Positions 52,421 through 64,000 of a stretch of 64,000 bases of DNA are shown here, one piece after another (the first letter of the stretch is position 1; every line of letters starts with the position of its first letter). The stretch is taken from positions 18,104,001-18,168,000 of the forward strand of contig NC_086108.1 of the NCBI RefSeq assembly GCF_963921235.1. Reading direction: 5' to 3'. The translations under genes were made by a program, and so were the position numbers. The notes below the pieces were generated by a model that saw only the letters and a list, made by a program, of their open reading frames with translations, had not been told where the DNA came from and did no database searches. Origin of the DNA: Mobula hypostoma (lineage: Eukaryota).

Positions 52421-53202
52421 GATGATTCTTGAATTATTGGTTGATCTGATTATTGATCCGAAATTATTATTCATTGTTCTTGTTGGTTTGATAAAGCAAC
52501 CATTGATCTGATCATTGGCTTGTTCGCTCATACATCAACCAGTTCATTTATTAACCTCGCCTGTGGAATAGTTAATTGATTAATGGATTGTTGGAATTCT
52601 CCATTGATCAGGTTCTCCAAACCATTCACCGGTCAGATTAATTGTATGTTAACTATTTGTTGACATACTACCTCACTCCTTTGATTAATAATCAGATTCA
52701 TCTGTTTTTTCAATACATTGATCTAATTATTGTTCCACTGAAGGTTCAGTTGAGCTGACATATATGTGGTTGTCTAAGTCACTGACTTTTGTTCTTGCAA
52801 CATTGAATCTGATTATTAGTTGTTTGAACTATCTGTTGCTATGATCCTTGGAAATGTTTACTAATCTGTTTTACAGATCTGTTGTAATGTGAACAGAAAC
52901 TGCTGGGAACAGCCAGTAGGTCAGTCTGAGAAAGGATCCCAGATTTTAAGTGTTAATTCTTTCTACAGATAGTGTCTGACTTGCTGAGTGTTTTCAGCTT
53001 TTTCTGTTTTGATTTTAGATTTCAAGCATCTTCAGTTGTTTTGATTTTAACTTCCTATTGTACAAGGGAACAAAGTTTGCTGATGTATTTTTTGATCATA
53101 GTATACTTCTGTGAAGTCATTAACTAATCTGATTATTGAGCAGTTGAATTATTGGCTGATCAAGTGATTGAACTGTTGAACTCATAACAATCAAAACAAT
53201 TT

Positions 53203-53452
53203 GGGATGGCCCAGTAGCACAGCCATTAGCTCAACGTTATTACAATGCCAGCAATCCAGGTTTAATTCTGCTGCTGTCTGTAAGAACATACATTCTCTCC
53301 GTGGCTGTGTGGGTTTCTTCTAGGTGCTCTGGTTTCCTTCCACATTCCAAAAATGTACAGGTTAGTAGGATAATTGGTCACTTGGGTGTAATTGGGCAGG
53401 GAGAGCTCTTTGGGCCAGAAGAGCAGTTTACTGTGCTGTATCTCTAAATAAA
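53203..53452 (+). mobile_element. V-SINE-like element
   Basis: gtgggtttcttctaggtgctctggtttccttccacattccaaaaatgt core; ctgtatctctaaataaa tail. Confidence 0.7.
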
Positions 53453-53555
53453 CTCCAATTTTTGAAGAGATTATTCGTCTACTCATTATTATCCATTGTT
53501 TCATTATCAGGTTGCTTTATTGTTATGTCCATTTTCATGAGGTATAGTAGGCCAT

Positions 53556-53875
53556 GTGTTGGCCCGTGGCGAAGTGGTTAAGGCATTCGTGTAGTGATTT
53601 GAAGGTCGCTAGTTCGAGCCTTGGCTGAGGCAGCGTGTATGTCGTTGAGCAAGGCACTTAACCACACATTACTTTGCGATGACACCAGTGCTAAGCTGTA
53701 TGGGTCCTAATGCCCTTCCCTTGGCCAACATCGGTGACGTGGAGAGGAGAGACTTGCAGCATGGGCAACTGCTGGTCTTCTATACAGCCTTGCCCAGGCC
53801 TGCGTCCTGGAAACTTTCCAAGGCACAAATCCATGATCTGATGAGACTAATGAAAGCCTATTTAAAAAAAAAAGA
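53556..53875 (+). mobile_element. tRNA-derived SINE
   Basis: tggcgaagtggttaagg (A box), agttcgagcc (B box); A-rich tail; taggcca repeated on both flanks. Confidence 0.8.
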
Positions 53876-55227
53876 ATAGGCCAAAGGACCTGTTTTTAAG
53901 TTTACAACCCCAAGGCTCTACGATGGGGTATAAATTCATATCATTCTTTATTGCTCTGATTTTTCACATTTAAAATCATTGAAGGAACTGATTTATTATT
54001 TTTCTGTTGAATCATTTATTGATCTGATTATTGGTCACTTGGTTAATATTATTTATTCCTTTTGCTGGTGACTACTTTATATGCCTAATAATTTTACACT
54101 GATTTGATTACTGTGTAGTAGATTCAGTCAATAATTATTGTCATGTTGAATCATTCACTGATATTATTACTGGTCATTTGAAAATACAGACTGTAGTTCA
54201 CCTTTGTGAATTAATCAAATGACTAATAACTAGATTAATGAATTATTCATCCAAACAATATTGTGATCCTTGAATGATTCTGTAGACTAATAGCCATTAC
54301 AATTGAAAATATTGAATCAATTTAGCAATAAAATGATTGAATGAATGATTCAACAGGCTAATTGTTAGGGCAGTGAAAGACCCATAACAATTTCCCTGTC
54401 TTGTTTAAGAGATCAGTAATCAATCCAGTAAAAGACAGCCAAGACTGGAAAATTAATTCAATCAGCTAGGCAATTCTCAATTGATGTTCCACCCATTCAT
54501 CCAGCATTTTCTCTGGAGCTACTATTTGCATTTTTGCCATTCATTGGCAAGTCTAGGCTCTGTTGTGAGACAGGACTAGGCCTCAGGTGGAGGATCCAGA
54601 GATATCCCCTTGAATGCTTGCTGTCATTTGACCATATGGGATATTCAAAGCCAATTAAGATTGAAATAGTTCAAATTGATAAACATTATTAAAGAAAAGA
54701 ATAATTAAAATGAATTCAATCATATTAAAGTCCTGAAAATCAATTTAAAAAATACAAAATATAAAACGTACTTTTGCACATCTACTTTCACTTGGTGTCA
54801 GTGATTCCATTTAAACCAATGTCCATCATGACTCACAGCTCAATTGTACTGCAGCCCTGCACTTGGTGCTGAGTCCTTTGTTGGAGTAGAAAGTCAGATG
54901 TATTGATTAGCACATGCAGAAACCACGGGTGAACAGACCTCTGGAATTGTCAAACACAAGTAGGCACAATCTGGCTACTATCTTCCAGTGGACCACTACC
55001 AGGCCAATAATCAGGACTGTGAATGACTATGTAAGCACAACATTAATTTCAGCCAGTAAATTAATAGATCAATAAAAATAACTCATTAATAAATCAACAG
55101 ATTTATGAATCTAACACATCTGAAGCAGCATTCATTTGTTGAATCTTCATTGATCTGAAATGTGATCTAGCGATCTGATTGCTGGTCTGTTTAATAATAA
55201 TTAGCACAACATTAACAAATTATTATT

Positions 55228-55730
55228 GTGTGATCCTGAATCTCCAGAGGGGAAGGCCCTGAATCCTTGGCTTTGCTTGTTGCTCAGCGGCTGGGACGGG
55301 GTCGAAGCGCTCAGCAGAGATAGCGCTCGGTGTCGAAGGGCTGGTCGGAGGCTTGAAGTTTTTGGACGAATTCAGAGTCGGCTGGGGTCGGGTGCTTCCT
55401 ATGCATCGACAGTTGTCGGTGCCTGGAGGTTTATGGCAGACAGAGTTTCTCCCTTCTGCCGCCTGCTATTGGGGACTGCTGGGAGTCGATCGGAACTTTG
55501 AGACTTCTTTTTTTACTGTTCCCATGGTCTGTTCTTTATCAAATTATGGTATTGCTTTGCACTGCTGTAACTATATGTTATAATTATGTGGTCTTGTCAA
55601 TGTTAGTCTTTGGTTTGTCCTGTTTTTTTGTGAGGGCACTCTGGAGGAACATTGTATCATTTCTGATACATGCATGCATTTCTAAATGACAATAAACGAG
55701 GACTGAGTGTCCTCATACTCTAAAATCTAA
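55228..55730 (+). mobile_element. Unclassified short retroposon-like repeat
   Basis: CpG-rich 5' part, T-rich 3' UTR ending aaatgacaataaa...tctaaaatctaa. Confidence 0.4.
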
Positions 55731-55914
55731 ACATTACTACTCTCTAGAGTTGTTAATTGATCTGATTGTTGGTACATTGGTCTGACAGCTGCTTGTTTGA
55801 TCATTCAATGTTTTGATTGTTTCCCTCATCTGATTATTTGTTGTTAATAAGTCTATTGATCTGATTACTAGTCTGCTGAAACAGATTTTGATCAAAATAT
55901 CAGTCCGCTCAATG

Positions 55915-57440
55915 GTAAACATGAGGAATTCTGCAGATGCTGGAAATCCAAGCAACACACATCAAAGTTGCTGCAGGCCAGACAGCATCTCTAGGAAGAG
56001 GTACAGTCGACGTTTCGGGCCGAGACCCACTCTCCCACGAGGCATTTGTCACTCTCCCACGGCAAAGCCACTGATGTACAAAGGAAAGTGGTCAACCTGC
56101 ACCTTCATGAAGACTTCAATCATCTCTTTTGTCTTGTCCGGGTAGAGACACAGGTTGTTGTGTTCGCATCATTTGACAGGCCTCTCTGTATGCTGATTCA
56201 TTATTGCTGACGATGAGACCAACCACTGCTGTATCATCAGTGAGCCTGATGCGGTTTAAGCTGGATCTGGCTGTGCAGTTGTGAGTCAGTAGTGTCAACA
56301 GTAGCAGACTGAGCACTCAGCCCTGGGGGAGCACCAGTGTTCAATGTGATAGAGCTTGAGATGTTGCTACCAATTAAGACTGGCTGGGTTCTTTCCATCA
56401 AGAAGACTTGAGTGCAGTGACAAAGAGAGGTGTTGAGTCCCAATGAGGACAGTTTACCCACCAGCCTCCAAGGGCTGATCCTGTTTAACGCCAGACACAG
56501 GTAGGGTGCTATCACTCAATTGGGAGCATTCTATTGATTCCTCAATAACAGATGAGACATTGAAGTGCAGATCAGGAGGAAGACTTTGGAAGAATACAAA
56601 GTTTTTGCCGTGGGTGACTTCAACACCTCTAATATTGATTGGCACCTCAATGCAAAAGGTTTAGATGGGGCAACATTTTTAGATGGGTCTAAAAGAGAAA
56701 CCATAATGGATCTGATACTAGGAAATGAACCAGGTCAGGTGTCAACCCGCTAGGTGACCACAACTCCCTGACCTTTACCATAACCTTGGAAAAGGATAGG
56801 AACAAACAATATGGGGAAGTATTTAATTGGGGAGGGCTAATTATAATGCAGGAGTTATTATTAGGTAGAATCTTGGGAGCATAAATTGGGAGGGGATGTT
56901 CTCAGCGAAATGCACAATGGAATTGTGGAGGTTGTTAAGGGAGCTCTTGCAGGGGAATCTTGATGCACCGTTTTCTTCTCTGGTCACCCCATTACAGGAA
57001 GGATATTTAGATTTTGAAGGTTTAACAGTAGGCTGCCTGGACTGGAGAGCACGTTCTATGAGGAGAATTTGGACAAATCTCAGTTGTTTTCTCTGGAGTA
57101 GCATAGACTGATACAAGTTTATAAAATTATGGGAGATATAGGTAGAGAAGACAACCAGTATCTTTTTTCCTCAGGGTCAAAATGTCTAATACTAAAGGAC
57201 ATGCATTAAGGTGACAGGGTGTAAGTTCAAAGGAGGTGTGCTGGGCAAGTGGTGGAGGAGACAGATACAATAGGAATGCTTAACAGATTCTTGAACATAC
57301 AAATGAGTGTGCAGAGAATGGAGGAATCTGGTTGTTGTGTAAGCAGAAGAGATGAGTTTCATTAGGCATTTAATTACTAGTTTAGTTCGGCTAATCATGG
57401 GCTGATTGGCCTGTTTTTGTTCTGTACTGTTCTATGTTTT
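55915..57440. mobile_element. Cluster: Penelope pLTR fragment (~55915-56030), Rex1 minus (~56030-56490), decayed CR1 plus (~56490-57440)
   Basis: ctgcagatgctggaaatcc; LNTGAPPG, TDDTAVVGLI; VGDFN, MDLILGNEPGQV. Confidence 0.75.
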
Positions 57441-58546
57441 GAGCTCCCTATAGTAACCCTCCCTAAACATAATTGAGGACAACGAATTGCACAGCCTGTG
57501 AAATCTGAGAAATTTAAGTATGTTTTTATGAAATGAAATTAAAATGTATGTGAAACATGTTCTGCACCTTAAAATTGGAAAGAAATGGGATTCCCCTTGT
57601 TTGACACAATCTATCACACTGATTTCATACATCTTCTTTCAATCTATTTAGTGTTAAAACTCAGTGTGGGTATCAATGAGAAGTGGCAAACTACAGGCTC
57701 AGTGACTGAATTACTGGAGCTTTTACTGAATGCATTTTAGCATGATTGCTGATTTTAATTTCAATTACAAGTGCGATTTCCATCTGTAACATGTTTTAAA
57801 AAAACATATCAAAAATTCATTTGTTGATAAAAACAGTCACAATTCTGCTATAGTAACTGTAGAACTAAGACTTCAAAGTCAAGTATTATCTCTTGTGGGG
57901 GGGGGGGTGGGAGTCAATTTTCTTTTTAAATTCTGCAGCCACTACAGAATACCAGGTTTCTCCGCCATCCGAAGTTAGAGCGTTCCTATGAAACACTTCG
58001 TAAGCCGGAACGTCGTAAAGCAAAGAAGCAATTACCATTAATTTATATGGGAAAAATTTGTGAGCATTCGCAGACCCAAAAATAACCTACCAAATCATGC
58101 CAAATAACACATAAACCCTAAAATAACATATAGTAAAAGCAGGAATGATATGATGAATACACAGCCTATATAAAGTAGAAATACTTTTCCATAATCATTG
58201 CTGCACTGTTCTCCTTAGTGAAACTCTCACACAAGCGCTCTCGGTAGAAACACGGTGCAAGCGCCGTCAGCAAAAACACGGCGCAAGCACTCTCCAGTAA
58301 CCTTTAAGCTATGAAGCTGCCAAATCATACCAAATAGCACGTAAAAATACACAGCCGATATAAAGTAGAAATAATATATGTACAGTGTAGTATCACTTAT
58401 GGGAATCAGGAAGACATCGAACACACTGATGATGGTGTGTTAGGCTGAGTCGTTGGAGGTTGGGGTGGTGCAGTGGCTCCCATCCTCTGGACAGCGAACC
58501 GATACTGATCTGCGAAGTATGCAGGGGTACAGCAGCAGCTAGGACA

Positions 58547-58744
58547 CACCCAGCACATCTTTAAGAAAAACGCTGAAACAAACAAGCTAATTAATTAGGT
58601 GCCGCCTGGCACGTAAATGTCGCCCAGATCAGAGACGACGCAATCGGCAATCGCCTCTGATCTGGGCCGACATTTACGTGCTGGGCGGCCACCTAATTAA
58701 TTAGCTTGTTTATTTCGGCTTTTTTCTTAAAGATGTGCTGGGTG
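58547..58744. repeat. ~200-bp imperfect palindrome inside the Tigger element
   Basis: cacccagcacatctttaagaaaaa..aagctaattaattaggtg..cacgtaaatgtcg..cccagatcagag mirrored by its reverse complement. Confidence 0.9.
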
Positions 58745-58964
58745 CATTCTGGCCACCGCTGCATTCCGCGGCCCGGGGGTTGGGGTGCTGGGACACTGGG
58801 GTGTCATCTCATCATCTGTTTCCATCAGGGCAGGCAGGTCATCATCTTCTATGTCTGCCTGCCTTGATGTTGAAGGTCGAGGTTCGTCGTCTGCTGTGGC
58901 TGATGTGGAAGGCTTGCTTGACTGCTTAGCCTTGCACATTTTTAGATCATACAATTCTTTGTAA

Positions 58965-59770
58965 TGTTACGTACCCCATAACTGGGTTGCCAAACCAGCA
59001 GGAATGGACCATTAGTTGGAGTCTGGTTTAACAGAAACTAATAAAGTTTTATTAAAGAAATAAGTAACACAGTACTCTAATCATAAGGATGTAAATGCAA
59101 CAGGTTAGCAATGATAATACACACGTGTACACAGAACTAGGGTAACAGGAATCAACCAAGTTCTACCGCAGTCTCGGGGTAAAATGATCAGTCTCAAGTG
59201 ATGCAGAGTTCAGTTCAGCTTAGTACAGTTCGCAGTAATCGCTGTTGTGCCGTTGGAGAGAGAGAGAATGCAGACCTTTGATGTTCAACAGCTGGTTTTG
59301 GGCGGACCCTTTTATGTCTTCTATGGTCACCGACTGTGACCCCTCCGTTCCGGATACGACTGTTCTTCCATGGTGAACCTGGCACCCAGGCAAGGGTGGA
59401 CACACACACCAGGTTCCCACTGATCGTACTCTTTTCACCCTGTGCATCTATGGTTGGTTCCCGCGAATTGGACCCCCAAATTCCACCAACTTGTGGGGGC
59501 ACACCGCTCTTCCAGGGTCTCGTTATCTCGTGATCTCGTGGTGTGTGTCGTGCCTTAGCGAACCTGTTCTTTTTATCCCCCTGCTAGGGTATCGCCTGTC
59601 CATCAAACTTCAAGCAGTTCAGGTTCAAAGCAACTGGTCTGTCAATACTCTGAGTTGTGTCTCTTTTCGTTGTCTCTCTCCTCTCTCATTAACATTTTGA
59701 ACGTTTCTCCATTTGTCTCCTTTATCTCTCTCATCAGCATTAATCTTCTGATAACTTGGTTTTTGTCACA
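58965..59770 (-). mobile_element. Solo LTR (806 bp) related to the Gmr1-like element, GTAA TSD
   Basis: TGTTACGTACCCC...GTCACA; GTAA at 58961-58964 and 59771-59774. Confidence 0.93.
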
Positions 59771-60559
59771 GTAAGCACTCAAGCCATCCTGCAAATATGC
59801 CCTAAACCGACATACCCTTTCAAAATTAAAAGTCGTACTTTATCGTTGCAGTAAAAATCTCATGCAGTTGCTTCACGTTCTGTTCCTGGACGACTTCACT
59901 TTTGGTCCGCTTGCTACTGCGTTCAGTTTCAATTGTTATCCTTTCCTCTTCCAATTGCATCATCTCTTCATCTATCAGTTCTTAGTCATGGGATGCCAAA
60001 ACCTCTTCAACGTCATCTTCGTCAACTTCCACAAGCCAAACTCACTTTGTCCTTGCTTCGTTCACCACGATCAAAACGCTTAATTATGTCTAGTTTTACG
60101 CTAATTGTAACACCCTTATGAGCTCTTTCAGGCTTTTCCAATACTTTAGAACTCATCTTGCTAACGGATGCTCACAGGCACGTGTTTAAGCAATGCCGGC
60201 TAGAATGCCGTTTCGAATCCTGGGGAGAGTGGCTGCTCGGGGCGCGCGCTGCTTTTTTCGCGCACTGCCTTTTTTCATAACAACGAAAACACCTTCTGTT
60301 AGCGAAAACAGGTAACTAATGTAGGTCTTTTGTAACAGTGAAGTTTCATAAAGCAAACGTTCGAAAAGCGGAGGACACCTGTACATTTATTAAAGCATAT
60401 CCTACTGCAGGGAGTGTCACTTTTTCATTTCGGTCTCATGATGACGACAGATGCTACACCTGCATTACCCTCTCTTCCTACCATTCAGTGCTCAGAAATT
60501 CTTTGCAGTTGAAGTAATGAGTGGCTTGCATTTTTTCCATTTTAATATAACATGTGCAC

Positions 60560-61145
60560 TGTTCACAATGTGGTACCCTTTACTGTGGAAGAGGGAAAGC
60601 TGGAGGTGTATGCACACAATGGTGACATGGGAAGACAGGCGGGGAAGGTGTTTGGCACACTGGCCTTCATCATTCAGGTAATTGACTATGATTTGGCATG
60701 TCATGTTTCAAATGTTCAGGCCATTGCTGTGTACAGTAACCATCTTTGAAGTTTTTTGTACAGTTCTAGTCACCCCTCTACAAGGAAGGAGTTATTATGC
60801 CATTCATATAAATATGATTTATATAAATATGTTGGATGGTTGCAGTCTTTACCCCAGGGCAGGGAAGTTCAAAACTAAAGGGCATAGACTTCAGCTGAGA
60901 AGGGAAAGATTTCTCAGAGGACTGAAAGGCACATTTTTCACACAGTGGTAAGTACGTATATGGAATGAGCTGCCAGCAGAGGTGATCAAGGTGGATACGA
61001 TTGTCATGTTTAAAATACATTTACATAGAAAATACTTACATGGATTGGAGCCAAATACAGGCAAATGGGACATGCTCAGGTAGACAGCCTTGTAAGCATG
61101 AACTAGTTGGGCTGAAGGACATGTTTCTGTGTATCTCTATCTTTA
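60560..61145 (+). mobile_element. Old CR1 3' remnant
   Basis: YPRAGKFKTKGHRLQLRRERF..GTFFTQ; tggaatgagctgccag. Confidence 0.7.
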
Positions 61146-61789
61146 TGTGTAAGTGTTGGTCACCTATTCTAATTAAAGAGCCATATGACGATTTTAGCCG
61201 ATGTATTGTTTGAGAAAATTAATGAATCAACATGGCACAAATATTGTTAAGTGTAGTTAGTTTCATTTCTCTGCATGTAGCTAATTTACAGAAATATTAT
61301 ATTGAGTTGTGAACACTGGAAAATACATCAGCATACATTACTTATTCCAATCCTGGGCAGAGGATATATGCCACCAATGTTTATCTGGTTAGGGGTTTCT
61401 GAATTTATCTACGTTGACACAACCAGGACTCATTCCCTGGAGACCAAACAAAAGTCAGGCTCTTGTCTACATTAATCCCATTTGAAGATGCAAGATTTCT
61501 GTTCAGTTCCTACCTATCAGGAAGCTCTGATTTTACTGCAATGATTCAATAAAATAACTGAATAGATAAAAACACATTTTCACTCCTAACATGTGCCAAT
61601 AACCTCTAACCATATTGTCAATAATCATATCCTCACCACTGCTATAAAATCTGGTGAAGGATATTGTTTTCTTCTGATAGTGTAGCACAGAAAAAAGACT
61701 GCCACTATTATAATGGTTACAGTATTTCAGATAGAATTTCTGTCATTATTTACTCCCTGCAATCAATTTTAAGTGTATCTTGTGCACCT

Positions 61790-62265
61790 GTTTATATCAG
61801 TGTGTTGAAACATCCATTGATCTAATCTTGGTCTGTTCTATCACTCACCTATCTGATCACTGAGATTGTTCATTTCAAAGTGAGATGGAATCATTTGTGA
61901 TCTATTTATTCTGATAAGTACACCTCTGTTAGTTTATATCCAGTAGGATCATTCATTAATCAGGTTCCATAGAATCACGTCTGATTGGTATATTTAGTGG
62001 AATCAGTCAGATTATTATTCATTTGGTATCATTTTGATTATTGGGCTGAATCAGAGTGTTCCTCAGTAGATCTACCCATTAATCTGATGATGGGTCAATG
62101 CAGTCATTCTTCATTCTGTTTATGGGTAATTAAATTCAATCATCAGTCTGATTATTGATCAGTAAAATTACTCGTGTTGTTCTGTAATATCAATTCACCT
62201 TGTAGCACTTTGCCCCCAGTTCAATCAATGTCAGTGGAATCAACATGTACTTGATATGATCACTG
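61790..62265 (+). repeat. Degenerate ~32-bp tandem repeat block
   Basis: gttgaaacatccattgatctaatcttggtctgtt; tctgattattgatc at ~62147. Confidence 0.6.
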
Positions 62266-62957
62266 GCCTTCCCTATCATCCTCCCTTTCCTTGACCCTTG
62301 CACTAGGAAGGCAACATGCCAATGTGGGTCACATTTATTTCTGCAAAAGTGCCTATCATTCCCTTTGTAGCACAGAAGAGGAATCCACCATAGATGAGTC
62401 CATGATTATATTGAATGCATTGACTGATTTTTCGGTCACCATAGATCTCCCAGTCTTGTTTCTCCTCTCTTGTGTAGCAGAACCACAAGTGGTATTGCAA
62501 AGCTGGATGCTCCTACCTTGCCCTGAAGAGCTAATCCTCTCAACAGTATCCAAAGCAGTGTTTCTTATGGAGAGGTGTTAGCCAAAGGAGATACCTGTAG
62601 TTTCAGCCTTCCTATATTCCACCTGACACTAATCTATTCCCTTCCTGTCTATGCATTCTTAGCCTGGGGTGTGACCACCTCTTTAAATGTACTGGCTATG
62701 AAGATCTCAGCCTCGCCAATGCTCTGATGTTACGATGGCTGCAGCTTCCACTTTGAAGTGCAACTTTCCAGTTGTGCAGCGGGAGACATTTCCTGCACAG
62801 GGCTCACCCTCCAACACATGAAATAGGAGCAAGAAAATAGACCTCGAGGCCCCTCGAGCCTGCCCCATCAATCGGTGTGATCATGGCTGATCTATGCTGG
62901 ACTTTTTCTCTGCTAGTAAATAACCCTCAATTCAAACATGTTTCCAATATTTATCTA

Positions 62958-63270
62958 ATAATAATAATAATAATAGGCATCTGTTAGTCTCATGAGACCA
63001 TGGATTTGCACCTTGGAAGGTTTCCAGGGCGCAGGCCTGGTCAAGGTTGTATGGAAGACCAGCAGTTGCCCATGCTACAAGTCTCCCCTCTCCACACCAC
63101 CGATGTTGTCCAAGGGAAGGGCATTAGGAGCCATGCACCGGTGTCGTCGCAGAGCAATGTGTGGTTAAGTGCCTTGCTCAAAGACACACATGCTGCCTCA
63201 GCCAAGGCTTGAACTAGTGACCTTCAAATCACCAGACAAACGCCTTAACCACTTGGCCATGTGCCAACAC
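62958..63270 (-). mobile_element. tRNA-derived SINE with (TAT)n tail and 12-bp TSD
   Basis: aatatttatcta at 62946-62957 and 63271-63282; same family as 53556-53875; sits inside an old CR1 3' remnant. Confidence 0.88.
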
Positions 63271-63542
63271 AATATTTATCTATCTTCACCTTAAATATAT
63301 CTAATGATTTGGCCTCCACCATGCTCACTCAGTGGTCCAGAGATTCGCTGTCCTCTGAAGACATTTCCTTGACTTTCTACATCATATAAGGGAAATTGAA
63401 TAACTATTATTCACTTTCAAATTGCTCCCTTTTCATTGTTCAAATTAAACAAAACTAGCTACATGGGATGTCCTATTGACATTGGAACACTACCTCCACC
63501 AACTATAATTTTTTACTTTTTCTAAATCATTGAAACCACATG

Positions 63543-64000
63543 GTCATAGTCATAGTCATAGTCATACTTTATTGATCCCCGGGGAAATTGGTTTTCGTTA
63601 CAGTTGCACTATAAATAATTAAATAGTAATAAAACCATAAATAGTTAAATAGTAATATGTAAATTATGCCAGAAAATAAGTCCAGGACCAGCCTATTGGC
63701 TCAGGGTGTCTGACCCTCCAAGGGAGGAGTTGTAAAGTTTGATGGCCACAGGCAGGAATGACTTCCTATGACGCTCTGTGTTGCATCTCGGTGGAATGAG
63801 TCTCTGGCTGAATGTACTCCTGTGCCCAACCAGTACATTATGTAGTGGATGGGAGACATTGTCCAAGATGGCATGCAACTTGGACAGCATCATCTTTTCA
63901 GACACCACCGTCAGAGAGTCCAGTTCCATCCCCACGACATCACTGGCCTTACGAATGAGTTTGTTGATTCTGTTGGTGTCTGCTACCCTCAGCCAGCTGC
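63543..64000 (-). mobile_element. Rex1/Babar-type LINE 3' end (runs off the window)
   Basis: ILDNVSHPLH..RCNTERHRKSFLPVAIKLYN; (tatgac)n tail. Confidence 0.85.

Larger units (their letters stand above)
52420..55910. repeat. Degenerate ~32-bp tandem repeat blocks interleaved with SINEs; inverted at ~54190-55110
   Basis: Near-consensus unit at 54004-54035; gttgaa at 53143 and 53175; reverse-complement units at 54341-54356 and 55004-55014. Confidence 0.7.
57953..60381 (-). mobile_element. Internally deleted Tigger/pogo-type DNA transposon
   Basis: Imperfect CAGGT-type TIRs, TA after 60381; minus strand MSSKVLEKPERAHKGVTISVKLDIIKRFDRGER (CENP-B/psq HTH start) fused to an acidic C-terminal remnant. 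Confidence 0.8.

Noticed and set aside
53556..53630. tRNA genes here and at ~24600-24670 and ~63200-63270
   Set aside because: A/B-box heads run into SINE bodies with tails and TSDs; there is no proper acceptor stem.
52420..54200. 32-bp repeat as a CRISPR array or a coding repeat
   Set aside because: Eukaryotic context, no unique spacers, no cas genes; the period is not a multiple of 3 and the sequence is rich in stop codons.

Overview
This is eukaryotic, repeat-saturated intronic or intergenic DNA. The repeat mix (CR1, Rex1/Babar, L2, Nimb/I-clade, Penelope, V-SINE, Gypsy) suggests a cartilaginous fish; that is an inference. No complete host gene is present, and most ORFs in the track are transposon fragments or their antisense shadows. 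Main points: (1) much of the AT-rich DNA between transposons is an old, heavily diverged ~32-bp tandem repeat (consensus ~CTGTTGAATCATTCATTGATCTGATTATTGGT) running across the window, with an internal inversion near 54.2-55.1 kb; (2) a very young, non-autonomous Gmr1-like LTR retrotransposon (17898-22797) with a SCAN-domain gag, PR-IN-RT-RH remnants, ACAC TSD, tRNA-Pro PBS and nearly identical 862-bp LTRs; (3) Penelope elements with inverted termini and minimal type I hammerhead ribozyme motifs; (4) a Nimb LINE split over ~18 kb by nested insertions; (5) composite DNA transposons; (6) a few candidate + strand host exons that share intron phase. Boundaries of old repeats are approximate; those supported by a TSD are exact.
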